The notes under the pieces: generated by a model
Databases searched by the model: none
Told to the model about the DNA's origin: nothing
Seen by the model: only the letters and a program-made list of their open reading frames with translations
Shown here: positions 11,010 through 22,461 of the stretch, one piece after another
Layout of the letters: each line of letters starts with the position of its first letter
How positions within the stretch are numbered: position 1 is the stretch's first letter
Assembly: GCA_977018835.1 (NCBI GenBank)
Contig: OZ361258.1
Coordinates: 1,612,001-1,676,000, forward strand
Origin: Minutocellus sp. GHC0000111
Lineage: Eukaryota
Direction: 5' to 3'
DNA: 64,000 nt
Position numbers and translations under genes: made by a program

Positions 11010-12979
11010 CTACTTGGAAAGGTCTTCAGGAGTTGGCTGCAAAGGCGCATTGGATTCGCGTGAGTGTCCGCTGCCACGTCCCATGGGACGACCACTGGCG
11101 CTCATGTGCCTTACTGAATCTACAGATGGCAGCCGACGACGAACCACGCTACGCAAACTTGCTCCCAACGATGGTGCCTCTGCTTGCAATCTTAGAACAT
11201 CGCGAAAGTTGCTCGTTCTCATATCCATGGTTTCGTCTTCGGGTGGATAACCTGCCTCCAAATCGTGAAGAGAAATGCGGTTCATATCCAGCTCGTCTCC
11301 TTCCGAAATGACAGTATTGTCCATGGTCGGAGTTGCCTCACTGTGGCCCGAATCTTCTGTCAGTAACTCCGATGCTCCAGGTGGAAACTCTTCTGTTACG
11401 GTCTCCCACATAACAGGAAGAGGGCTGGCTGCTGAGAAAGCAGGTGCATAGGGAAACATAATCTTGCGAGCATTCACCAACTGTTGCCAATGCAGGACCT
11501 GGAACTCCTCACGGACGTCAATGCCATCGAGGGTAATGTACCCTGTAAATGGGTCTTCGAGTACCTGGATGCTTTCGAACAGAGCTGTCAAACAAAGTGG
11601 TGAAATTATAGACATGAAGATTCCCATGGCTAAAGAGTCCAGATCGAACGCAAGCTGGGCAAACGAAGGGGCGTAAAAGGGAGGGAGAAGGACGGTGAAA
11701 ATTCGGCCAAACGCTCGCAAGGCTTGGGGCGTACGATAAGTCTTGATCACTCTCAAGTTTCGATGCATTCGCCAAGGAAACGTTCGTATTGGCGGATGCG
11801 ACTGGCTTCCGAGTGGTTTAGACCTTCGTACTTGAACGCCTCGACCAACATAGTTAGCTTCATAATGCGCTGCGTGTACAAACTATCGAAGAGACGGTAT
11901 GCTACCTCTACCGTCTTGGCTGCCTCTCGACGACCAATTTTCAGCATTCTGTGACGAGTGCGAGTGTACGTCGGAAGGGTGAGGAATCTCGTCAACTCAT
12001 CACCAATACCAATCAACTGTTCCAAGACGGCATCTGTATGCTTGAGCCAATCGCAGTTCGTTGCCACCCTTCCGTTGGGCGGTTTGCCCCAGTCCCACAA
12101 GCTGTGTGCAAGATATATCTGGTAGGAAAAGCTGCGAAAGCGAGCGATATCAATTAGGGCCCGCTCTCTGCGTAGGAATGCAATACCAATCGCCAATGAG
12201 AGGGGCGTAACGACAGCAAAACCCAGCAAAACCCAGTCCATACCCCCACCACTCCATCCCGTTGATGGGCTTTGTGTGAAGTACCAGTAGCACGTCAGAG
12301 CAATGGACAGGATCATCGAAAATAATGTATCAAGTGTAATTAGATACACCCCAAAGACCGTGACCGCCGCAATTCCACCCACAATAAGGATCTGCCACGG
12401 ATTCTTCATGGCATTGTCCCGCACATCCATCTCCTCTTCCTCCAATCGCGTTTGCAATTGCGTCACCGACTCTCGTTTTTTGCGCGATTTCAGGCTGGCC
12501 GACATGTCCTTGTCCATAATCGCTGCGTCGTGAGCGTGATGTCCCGCCGAATACCGTGCCGCCGTGCCCAGACCAACCACCTTGGAATCCAACTTGGATG
12601 CTGCACCCCACGCAGTCTTCTTCTGGGTGGTGTTTGCGGTCTCGCTTCCGGTAACGCTCGCCCGAACGTCACGAGCTCGGGGGGGATTGGGGGGTAACTC
12701 TGGTTCGGTCTCCCGCTGCGGTACCGATGCCACCCGGCGGGTCAGATCGACCGACACGCCTCGGTGATGCATGGGCCGGGGACGGGGCAGAGGGGGAAGA
12801 ATGTCGTCATCAAAAGTGGTGAGGGCCGACACATCTCGCTGATGAAGGATTGGTTTGGGCAGGACCGGTGAGCTGCTCGCATCTTGCTGCTGACCAAAGG
12901 AAAGGACCGTCGGGACTTCGGTGGCGTCACCGCCACCTGATCCTTGCCCTTTGGGTTTGTTCTTGCTCGTCTTCGTCAT
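11010..12979 (-). CDS. Bestrophin-like membrane protein; 1-bp frameshift at ~11759
   Basis: Several TM segments, 'AFLRRERAL', 'YRTPQALRAF' and 'LEDPF'. Adding one A to GAAACT joins ORFs 11753..12979 and 11010..11768 as 'ECIENLRVIKTYRTP'. Confidence 0.7.
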
Positions 12980-13296
12980 TGTTCAACGCGAGCGGGTACT
13001 CTTGTACATGTATAAGTAGAGTCTACGTACACGTTTATCAAAATGTCATCTATCTATCTTGAGGGCAAGATCAATAGAGTCGAAGCAATTCACCGCAACA
13101 ACATGTAGATCTTATGCTCCTTTGATCCGCATGTTCTCCGCCCGTTCTCCCATTCTCCATTATTTCGCCCAGAAGCCCAGAAGTCTAAATAAATAATGCG
13201 TTGAAATTTAGGGGTCCCCTGGTCTGTCTGATGTTACTGCCACATCTTGTGCTCATTTCAGCACTTTTTGCCAGGCAAGCGTATCTTGCTTTCAAC

Positions 13297-14429
13297 ATGC
13301 TGGGCCATGGCATTCGTCAACTGTCCTCTTATCGACGTGTGACCAGTTGTCGCTGCTTGAATTTTACCACTTGCACGAGCACGTCTCTGGCGCCCCCGCG
13401 CCGCCATCGGCCTTTGGTACATCTGTCGTCTGCTCCCGGTGCTAAATTCGATGTCACGAGATAGGCACGCCATATCCAATAGTTCCGCATGAAGTGACTT
13501 CCACAGTGCGACATGTCGATTCAAGCGTGTCTGTTCCTTGGTATGCTGATGATTCTCTAGTAGGGGGCGACGACGTTCGATATGAAGAAGCAGAGCAAAA
13601 AGACACGTGCAATAGCAGCATGCTGGTTGGTCAAGCAACTGAGCGTGCCAGAGTGTTGGGGCGGATAACGAGACATGCATTGGACCACGCTCTATCATTG
13701 CTGAGAGAAGGCAATACAACGGATGAGATCGATGAAAGTGTTCACAACTACATCGTATCTCAAGGTGCTTACCCAAGCCTCTTGGGCTACCGAGGCTTCC
13801 CGAAGAGCACGGCAACAAATTTCAACGAGGTTGTATCTCTGGGGGTTCCAGACTTGCGACCGATCGAGGCTGGTGATGTGATTACTATTGTTGTATTTTG
13901 CTTCAAGGATGGCTTGCATTGCTCGGCGTCTGAAACTGCAATTGTGAACGGCAGCGAGGTGATGGATAACGATATCCTGGACGATTCTCAAAATAGTAGG
14001 TGGAAGAGGAGCAAGAGGCTGATTCATGCAGCAAGAGATGTATTGGACGAGGCAATTAGAGAAGCATCCAAACCTGGCACTACACTTGGGAAAATTGGCT
14101 CAGCAATCCATACAGCCGCGGACCCTCGTGAATATCGGGTTGTTAAGCGCTTGGTTGGCCACGGCATTGGGGCAGAGTTGCAATGCCCTCCCCACATTGA
14201 AATTGGAAGCGGTCATAACGGCCGTGATGATTCGTCAACAAGATTGAAACCTGGTATGTTGTTATCAATTTCTCCAATATTGGTTGAAGGGCATTCAGCA
14301 TGCACTCAGTGGTCAAATGGTCATACTTCGGCCACGGTAGACGGCGGCATAGGTGCTCAGTTTGGTGCAACAGTCCTTCTTACTGACGATGGAGCTGAAG
14401 TACTTACCGGTACACCTGCGAGGCAATGA
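13297..14429 (+). CDS. Methionine aminopeptidase (MAP1D-like) fold with degenerate active site and transit-like N-terminus; frameshift at ~13445-13462
   Basis: 'GAYPSLLGYRGFPKS', 'NEVV..GVPD', 'GHGIG', 'LKPGM', 'AQF..TVLLT' align to MetAP1; Arg/Ser-rich leader from ATG 13297 is in another frame. Confidence 0.8.
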
Positions 14430-14533
14430 GATAGGCATTTTAATTCTACCGTTACTTTTATGCAAACAGATTTGCATCTGATCTAGAAATAGATACCAAA
14501 ACGAAGTGCGCAGAGGCTGGCTAGACTTTGAAA

Positions 14534-16850
14534 CTACCATATGCCAGAGTGGCTACCGGTAATACTCGACCTACTATTCGTCGCCACCCCCGACTGGTAG
14601 CTTTGCGAGGACCAGGTAGCTGAGGTGGAACGAACGACTGTGTGTGCGTTGAGAGAAGACCCGCCGACGTTCCCTGGGCTTTCAATGTGATCTTCCGCAT
14701 TGACAGGTGTAGCAGTTGTATTGCTATGAAACCCAGGTGGAGGCGATACTGCAGTTTCGCCGTTACCAGTGGTAGAAGAGGCGCCCCATGACCCTTCATG
14801 ATATTGGTCGTCTTCGCCGTCGAGCACGCCAGAGAGACTCGAAAGTAAAAGCTCGCCAGCAACATCGTCGAGTGGGTGGTCTTGGACAAGATCCTGACAT
14901 GGAGTTGCGATGTTTGATCGAGGACTCGTAGCGTGCGATGAGAATGCATTCTCGGTTTCGGCATCCTTGGCGTCCTTTTGGGGCATTTGATTTTTTCGGT
15001 TAGCTACAAAAGTCTCAGGAGCGGGGCGTAGAGGTGACGTCGGAGAAGAACTGCTACTCGCGACGGACGAGTACGATACTCCGACGGATGTTTTCTTTTG
15101 AACAGATGCGGCACGCTCAGCTGCAAGTTTTGCGTCCTTCTTCATCTGAACCAATCTTGCGAGCTGTATCTGCTGAAATTCCCGAAGTTGTTGATGTGAG
15201 GCGTGTCTCTGAGCCTCTGTCGGAACCGGGAACTTCTCCTGATACGATTTGCTGTCACGATACTTTCCCTTTAGTTGACGCGAACCTTGGCGGCTTAATG
15301 AATCGTATTTTGAAGCCCCCAAGTGCTTTTTGGAGACATTGTTGGTGGAGCCACGAAGTTTGGTGCGGGCAGGTGCACGAAGGGGAGTATTACCAGAAGT
15401 AGATTTTGAGCTTCTTTTGGTATTGCGAACCAATCCTACCAAATTCGCATCGTCATCATCACTTAAACTGTTTTGTGATAGTGACTTGCTGATTTGCGCG
15501 GCACGGGTTCTCGATAACTCCTCGCGTGCGTTTACTTGATGCCGGCTTCTTTTCATTTTCTGGGGAAGAGACGGATAGCTTGGCCTGTCGTTTTCGCCGT
15601 TTTCCTTTCTTCCCACCAGATTTACTACTCGGCATGGCAACGCGATCGTCGTAGTCCATGTTGCTACTGACCCATTCTGAGCTAGGCTCTTTCTCTCGTT
15701 GCCACGGCAGAGTCCAATCATATCCCATGTGAAGGAAGTAAGCCAAGGTAGAAGACAAGAAGAGTCCCAATATTCCCGCCGCAAATGGATGAGGAAGGGT
15801 CAATAAAAAAAGTTATTGAGGCAGTGATCCCACATCAGTCTGCCCACTTCCGCTACCATTCCTGTCTGTTACTGTGCTGCTAGAAGCTGATGGAATTGAC
15901 GATCCCCGACCCTTCGGTTTATCGCTCCATTCAGAGTCCTCGGCCATCATTTCGACGCATTTATCGACGCACATTTCGATGAGAAGAAGAAGCTCAGATG
16001 CCTCCTCAGCGGTCAGTCTCTCGACGAGGTCCCATTTCGTGGCGCTCTGGCCCAATTTGGAGGCCTTGCGGCTTTGTATGCGACTGCGTCGTTTGAAGGC
16101 GTCCGCCTTCTTGGCCTTGGCAGTTGACACTGCAGCGGAATCTGCATTCAATTCGTCCTTTCCCCACCCTGCTATCCAGCGGAGGGCGGCATCCCATTCC
16201 TCGTTGACATTCTTCATCCTGTTCGGTCTTCCCACCAGAGCACGACTTCGAGATTGCAGTGAGGACCAGAATGTAGCCGCTGCCGCCGCTGCTGCCTTGG
16301 CCGTTGCGTCCTTTCCCCTGATAATAGAATCTAGACTGGACTTTCTGGAGCTATGCTTCTCATCTTTTGGTCGTCGTATCAAATTCTGTCTCGGTCGACC
16401 ATTGTCATCGTCCTGCTTCGTATCATTTGGTGTTGCATCCATATCGACGGCACCGACCAGCGTTTCAATCAAAGGTGGCAAATATGGGGGCGGGCTGCTC
16501 TCGATGAACTGGGAGTCGCTGAACTGCTACTGCTACTACTCGAAGGTGTGTCCATACCGGTCCTGGGTGCAGATTCTGCTAGCCTTGGTGACTCTGGCTG
16601 CTGCGAAGGGTCATCGCCCTCAGATATCTCGTGTCGCCGATGAAACAGAGCATCTACTGCCGATGTTACCAACGCCTCTGGAGATATCGATGCCGATGAT
16701 GAGTCGTCCTCCAAAACTGAACGCATTGCGGCGGCGGCTGTGGCACGATGCTGCTCGTCATGCGCGTCACCGTGGAAATCGATTTTGGTGCTCGTGCTGC
16801 CTCCTCGTTGATGGGTGGGCGTGGCAGCTTCCAGTATGATGTCCTCACAT
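14534..16850 (-). pseudogene. Low-complexity protein with one TM segment, broken by at least two frameshifts and one in-frame TAA
   Basis: Abutting minus-strand ORFs 16469..16951, 15813..16481, 15459..15803 and 14534..15784. TAA at 15815-15813 is in frame with the TM segment 'LFLLTLPHPFAAGILGLFLSSTLAYFL'. Start not located. Confidence 0.45.
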
Positions 16851-17252
16851 GATGTGCGGCATTGATCTTTGCGTTTTCGGGTCGATCTGATCTTTGTTTT
16901 TGTCTGTGAATTGTTTTGTCGGTTGACAAGTTTGCGATGATGTGCGTGCATTTCAGGATATTATGGCGAAGGGTGGTTTTGAGAAAAGGGAAGATGAGGG
17001 AGGTTGAGCACAAGATGTGTTTGCTTGCAAATCAGAGCAGGACGATAAGATACGAGAGGCAAAATGAGGCAGGCAAAAGAAGCAAGTGCAGAGTCGAGGC
17101 GTGGATGCGAAATGACTTGCAGATTTGGTTCCACAATCAATTTGCTGCCCATCCATGTTCGGTCCTCCATGCGTCTTGACGCCAAACAAGCAGGGCCAAT
17201 GCATCTCAACTTCAACATCTCTACGTAGGAATCAGTACAAGTCTACGGGAAG

Positions 17253-17468
17253 TCAAAACTTCCCGGACCCGCGGCCAACTTTTCGATTGGCTCCGATAGT
17301 CCTTGGCAGGACTGGCTCGTGCTCACCCTTGTTCTGCTTGGTAGCGTCTTCATCTCCGCCGTCGTACCAGTAAGATACGACGAGGACGGCAATGATCACC
17401 GCGAGGGACCAGAACAGTCGTTCGTTGCTGCCGTTCTGGCCGCGGCGGGGCCGCCTTCGGCCTGTCAT
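17253..17468 (-). CDS. Short type II membrane protein or 5' fragment of a longer gene
   Basis: 'MTGRRRPRR..LFWSLAVIIAVLVVSYWY' is a basic N-terminus plus TM; only 71 aa. Confidence 0.3.
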   Translation of the reverse strand: MTGRRRPRRGQNGSNERLFWSLAVIIAVLVVSYWYDGGDEDATKQNKGEHEPVLPRTIGANRKVGRGSGKF

Positions 17469-17675
17469 GGTGTAGCGAATGGAGACTCGACTCACTCGAC
17501 TATGAGTTCTTGCCTTGCCGCCACACAATCGGCGGGAGAGAAGAACGCAAAGAGGAAGGTCCAATAGTGGCGACGAATCGAATCTCCTCTGGTTAATGGG
17601 TCTTGGGCTCGAATATTGCCAAGAATTGCACACTGCGAGCTGTTGCCTTGCTGCTTGCCGGCGCACAATCGCAGG

Positions 17676-19100
17676 ATGCATCGATCACTCATCAGCTCAG
17701 CTCTGCGCCGCCGGATAAGGCGACTCCCTTCCGAGTCTCCCGCCATCCGCTCCCTGTCGACGGTATACGAACAACAGTCGCCCTACTCGTCAGTCGAAGT
17801 GGACCCAGCTGTTATTGCCTCCTATCCCAACGGTGCAACGACTGTAACCGATGCGGAAATATCCATATTCATTGAGATAAAACCAACGCCAGTGTCGTTG
17901 CGTCAAATTTTGGAAACCACTGATCCCTACGAGGCGGCTCAATTTCTGCATTCGGAATTTCCCGTGAGATGTGCCGAACGTATTCGAATGATTGAAAGCA
18001 TCCCCACCAGTCAGTGGGTGAATGTACCGGAGCTTGTTGAGGCGCATGGACGGCACGTGTTGGCATTTTGGAGGTTGCGTGCCGTGTCGATCGATTCTGA
18101 AAGTCGGGATCTGGATGTCTTCACCGAGGCAGTGAGAGACGTTGTGCAAGAGAACTTAGACATGACTGCCCTCATCACCAAGGGAATGACGGACCTGTAT
18201 CGCACCAGCGACGAGGAGATGATTGACAGTGCGTACGTTTACAACTTCCTCAACACGTTCTTATTGAATCGGCTAGGAAGTAACGTGCTTTTGAAGCAGT
18301 ACCTTGCGGTGGTCTCGCCGGATGAATTTGGCTTTGGCGTACACAATGAGCAAACGGGAGAAGGCATTGTAGATCCTGAATGCGATGTGGCCAGGCTGTG
18401 CCGTGAGACGGCTCGGAGTGTCGGCCAAATGTGCAAAGAGGAAACCGATAGGATCCCCCCTCCCATCACAGTGGAGGCGTTTTCGGCATCAGAAAGCGAT
18501 GTTAGTCACAATGGGATGTCCACCAGCCCGAAATTTAGTTTCATACCTCCAGCGCTTGGGTACATCCTCAGAGAGTTGCTCAAGAACAGTTGCAGGGCGA
18601 CGGTAGATGCTTGTAGGGCGCTTCCCCGCGGTGAGGTGAGACGGCGACCAGTCTCGGTAACTGTCAGTGCCGACGATGCTCGGATGATGATATGCGTTGC
18701 TGACCGTGGTGGTGGCATTCCATTTGATCGGATGGATAATGTTTGGAGTTACCTACACAGCACCACTCGAAAGAAGTGGGAGGACGATAGGAGCGTGGCA
18801 GACTACGATGCCGATCATGATGACATTGTTTCTAGTCTGCCGTTATCGGACAACGAGGACAACAGTCCTACTGAATTGGCAGGATACGGCATCGGTCTGC
18901 CAATGTCGCGTCTCTATGCCAGATACCTTGGTGGAGATCTGAACTTAATTTCTCTTCCAGGATATGGAACTCACGCCTACGTCTTTTTGCCCCGTTTGTC
19001 CAGCGATCAGATTGAAACATTTCCGGAGCAGCATCGACAGGGCTTCCAGGGTGAATGCAGTTCACAAAGTGGTGGTCATAAACCAGATTTTGTATTATAG
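17676..19100 (+). CDS. PDK: Mitochondrial pyruvate dehydrogenase kinase / BCKD kinase family
   Basis: Transit peptide MHRSLISSALRRRIRRL; 'KPTPVSLRQI', 'ELLKNSCRA', 'DRGGGIP', 'LAGYGIGLPMSRLYARYLGG', 'GYGTHAY'. Confidence 0.9.
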   Translation: MHRSLISSALRRRIRRLPSESPAIRSLSTVYEQQSPYSSVEVDPAVIASYPNGATTVTDAEISIFIEIKPTPVSLRQILETTDPYEAAQFLHSEFPVRCAERIRMIESIPTSQWVNVPELVEAHGRHVLAFWRLRAVSIDSESRDLDVFTEAVRDVVQENLDMTALITKGMTDLYRTSDEEMIDSAYVYNFLNTFLLNRLGSNVLLKQYLAVVSPDEFGFGVHNEQTGEGIVDPECDVARLCRETARSVGQMCKEETDRIPPPITVEAFSASESDVSHNGMSTSPKFSFIPPALGYILRELLKNSCRATVDACRALPRGEVRRRPVSVTVSADDARMMICVADRGGGIPFDRMDNVWSYLHSTTRKKWEDDRSVADYDADHDDIVSSLPLSDNEDNSPTELAGYGIGLPMSRLYARYLGGDLNLISLPGYGTHAYVFLPRLSSDQIETFPEQHRQGFQGECSSQSGGHKPDFVL

Positions 19101-19188
19101 ATCGGACGTACCGGTACTACAAAGTAATGACGATTTACCTTCTCAACAAATAACATTCTAAATTTTTTAAAGTGTACACTAGCTTGTG

Positions 19189-20091
19189 TCAAAGTTCCCT
19201 GGCTGGAACTTTCTGCTTCTTTTTGCCATTATGAAGCATATGTTTGTATATTTCTAATGCTACTGCTTCGTCTTGCAGAGCATCCTCAAATGCCCTCTCT
19301 CGGGAGGAAAGTGACAAGGTACAAGATGTTTGTGCCAGTATCAGCTCCTCCGTCGTTTTGCTCGCTTGATCGATGGATGATGCTTGTGAAACTTCTTCGT
19401 CCCGTCGCCAGTACTCATCTTGGGCGTTGAGAACGCCATCGATGACGGCTCGTTGTTCTTGAATTATTTTCTTGTAAGTGCTCGTGGACTTGAAATGTTC
19501 TAGTCCTCTCGTGGGGATGCTTCGGAGTTCTTTTTCCAGTTTGAACGATTCTTCGCGAGAGGTAGACCGTCGAAGTTGTTTGGTGATCTTTCTTGTCTTT
19601 CGAACGTCCTCGCTCAATTGATTTTGCATCATCTGGTGTTCTTCTTTCGTGAACCAGATGTGATGCGTGGTATCTGGATTGATCGGTTTAATTATCTTCA
19701 TCCTTGACGTTGAAGCGAAGCTGACGCTCTTCTTCTTGTCGTTGGCGATGGATATGAGTTTATTTGTTGCCCGGGGAAATGTCTTGGTCGATGGCTCTTC
19801 TTCTTCTTCTTGCTTGATCTTTGGAGAGGAATCTTCGGCTGGTGGGTCTACATTTACTGGTGCTGCTTGTCGCCTCTTCGAGATGAGCAAACTATCTTGG
19901 CGAAATGTGGTTGTGAGGTCAACGCAGAGAGATGGGTCGCTGGCCACGTGCGCCGTGATGTCAGTAGCCTTGACCTTGCTTACTGATATCTGTGATGTTG
20001 GCGATGGCATGGTTCGGCTTGACTTGATGGTTGTACCTATGTTCATGGTGGCTGCATGTGTTCGAAGTGTGCATTCGGGCAGATTCGGCAT
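19189..20091 (-). CDS. Diatom 'RGLE'-motif family protein
   Basis: KKSVSF..IWFTKEE..RGLEHF..VLNAQ..LAQTS..SRERA pattern; start at 20091 or 20046. Confidence 0.8.
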   Translation of the reverse strand: MPNLPECTLRTHAATMNIGTTIKSSRTMPSPTSQISVSKVKATDITAHVASDPSLCVDLTTTFRQDSLLISKRRQAAPVNVDPPAEDSSPKIKQEEEEEPSTKTFPRATNKLISIANDKKKSVSFASTSRMKIIKPINPDTTHHIWFTKEEHQMMQNQLSEDVRKTRKITKQLRRSTSREESFKLEKELRSIPTRGLEHFKSTSTYKKIIQEQRAVIDGVLNAQDEYWRRDEEVSQASSIDQASKTTEELILAQTSCTLSLSSRERAFEDALQDEAVALEIYKHMLHNGKKKQKVPAREL

Positions 20092-20628
20092 CTGCTTCTC
20101 GGAGAATTCAATTCTGTGTGTGAGGTTGAAGGGGCAGCAGGTTTTATTGTGCTCTCATCAATTATGTGGCGATCCAGATGCCAGGAGAGCAGGAGGACTG
20201 CTGTGCTTTTCCTCCATACATGTAGGCTACTCTTGCTACGGACAAAGTAGGCTTGCATGATAATTGGTGACCAAAATTGCGCGTCGGCATAGATGATGCA
20301 GAAACACAAAAGGGGACGGAGAAATTGGGAGCAATAAGAGGGGTGTTTAACGTTTATGGCGCCACTGAGCAAAACATCAACTTGAGGAGGAATCGGACGG
20401 CCTCCTCGAAATGTCATTTTGTCGCGAAATGTCTCGCGTCCCAGCCCCGCGCCGCAATTATGCCGGTTGATTGCCACGCCATGTCGAAAGTTGAACTTCA
20501 ATGAGACTCACAAACCACTAAATGGTTGGATTCTTGTGGTTCCCTCTCGCTCCACCTCGCGCATCATCGCGAGCATCGCGTGATCGCGTGTCGCGTATCC
20601 GCCAGTCATCCGCCATCGCCAGGCGTTC

Positions 20629-21084
20629 ATGCATCACGCGTATTCTACCATCTCTGCTGCAACTGCTCAGCGCGCATACTTGGCAGTGAAGCAGCAAATG
20701 CATCGAATGATCTTCGGTAGTTTTGGACGAAGAAGCCATCGCTTGGCGTCGACATCGGCGTCTCATTCGCGGCAGCAATTCCCTTCTGCGGGCATTGTAA
20801 GAGCCCGGAGTTCCCGATATCAAACAAACGCAAATGGCAATGGCAACAAAGCCACCACCAAAAAGGATGAGAGTCACCTTAATTGGAAGGAACGGAGCGA
20901 GGCACCGAGGTGGATGCAACGGATTGCGCCGACGAGAGGGGGGAAGCTCAGCGAACTGAAATGGTATGAAGCGGCGGCACTGACAGGGGGATGCGCGGTT
21001 TTCTACTGGGCTTGGTTCGTCGCAGAAACTCCAAGCCCTCAGCCGGTTGTTGTTGGACAAGATGGGGATAGGAAGGGCGGTTGA
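20629..21084 (+). CDS. Small single-TM protein, probably mitochondrion-targeted
   Basis: Arg/Ser-rich leader, 'PRWMQRIAPTRGG', then TM 'AAALTGGCAVFYWAWFV'. Confidence 0.6.
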   Translation: MHHAYSTISAATAQRAYLAVKQQMHRMIFGSFGRRSHRLASTSASHSRQQFPSAGIVRARSSRYQTNANGNGNKATTKKDESHLNWKERSEAPRWMQRIAPTRGGKLSELKWYEAAALTGGCAVFYWAWFVAETPSPQPVVVGQDGDRKGG

Positions 21085-21423
21085 TAAATTGATGTATAGA
21101 ATAGAAGCGCAATATCTCCTACACTTGGCTTCGTTTGGGATAGCTTGGTTGCTACGTAGAAACATTATTACCCTTCTTACTGAATAAATTCGTCTCCGTC
21201 CTGTGTACATGCATTGTGTGTTGTGTGTTGTAGTACCGGTAATCGTTAAGTTTGTTGGTTTTAAATTATCCCGTTTTTCTACCTCGTCACAGAGAGAGAC
21301 CACTTGCCTACTACAGTAACCTTTGTAGCTGTTTGCATCCATGCCTCGCCGCCAATTCTACACACTGGAACCGTTCCGCTTCTCTACCAATTTCATTTCC
21401 AATATCACAGACATGTAACATCA

Positions 21424-22269
21424 TCAATCCTCCTCGTCACTTTCCAAATGGGGCGAGTACTCCCTCTTCCACACCTTGTAGTGCTCGGTCTTCTTCCAGA
21501 CGTAGTAGAACTCCACCACCTCCTTGCACGATTTGGTCCCCACGGTCCGGGCCACCTCGTGAAAGTCCTTCCCGTACAGGGCCATGCTGGCCTCGAAGAC
21601 GCAGATCTCGTACGGGTTCCACCGCTCCACGACGGTGGGCCGGCGGACGGGGCTGGTCAGCAGGCCGAGGGCCGTGATGCGCTCGGCGGGGAACAATCCC
21701 GACGAGGCGTCGTACCCGTACGGTCCCAGCTGGATCGTCGGGAGGATGAGGGAGGAGGCCATCCCGATGTAATCCTCGGCCATGCGGTGGGCCCGCCATC
21801 GGACCGGTTCCGAGGTGGACTGGCCCGAGGCCGAGGGGGCGGCCGATGCGGGAGCTGCTGGCGCTGATACCGGGGCGGAGGACGGCGCATCGGCAGTGGC
21901 GGCGGCAGCAGCAGAGGACGGCGAGATGTTCGCCGGTAATTTGGCGTCTCCCTCTTCATGTTCGTCATCTCCTTGTGCTGCTGCGTCCACCGACGCCTTA
22001 TCCTCCTCTTCCGCCTTGACCTCACCATTCTCCACGGCCGAAACAGCGTGCCCTTGAGACCCATTCATCGACACGCCATTGGCTGTATTGTTGTTGTTGT
22101 TATCGTTGGCATCCCCATAATTATCATCGTTTGCATTATTTGCCGTCCTCGGACGCTTGTGACCATCGCTTGCCCCGTCCATCGCCGCTGAGCCGTCGGA
22201 TGCGCCAATTGCCGCCTCTTCCGCGGAGCGCTTGGTCCCCCCGCCGCCTGTGCTTTGTTGTCCGTCCAT
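21424..22269 (-). CDS. SANT/Myb domain protein (ELM2-SANT/MIER-type SANT)
   Basis: 'ERWNPYEICVFEASMALYGKDFHEVARTVGTKSCKEVVEFYYVWKK'; likely ATG at 22269. Confidence 0.85.
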   Translation of the reverse strand: MDGQQSTGGGGTKRSAEEAAIGASDGSAAMDGASDGHKRPRTANNANDDNYGDANDNNNNNTANGVSMNGSQGHAVSAVENGEVKAEEEDKASVDAAAQGDDEHEEGDAKLPANISPSSAAAAATADAPSSAPVSAPAAPASAAPSASGQSTSEPVRWRAHRMAEDYIGMASSLILPTIQLGPYGYDASSGLFPAERITALGLLTSPVRRPTVVERWNPYEICVFEASMALYGKDFHEVARTVGTKSCKEVVEFYYVWKKTEHYKVWKREYSPHLESDEED

Positions 22270-22461
22270 TGGGTGTTTGTGTCGATCTGCTCCTTTGCGC
22301 TTCTTGGCTCTCGGCCGGTATCTCAGCGGCTGGTATGCCCACCACGGTTGCTTCGTTGTGTTTTGTTTTGTGGCTTTCAGCATTGCCCGTTAGTCGAGCG
22401 TGTCACAAAAGAAAAAGGGAAAGAAGAAAGTTGAAAAGAGGGCGCAAAAAATTGCGCCAAG

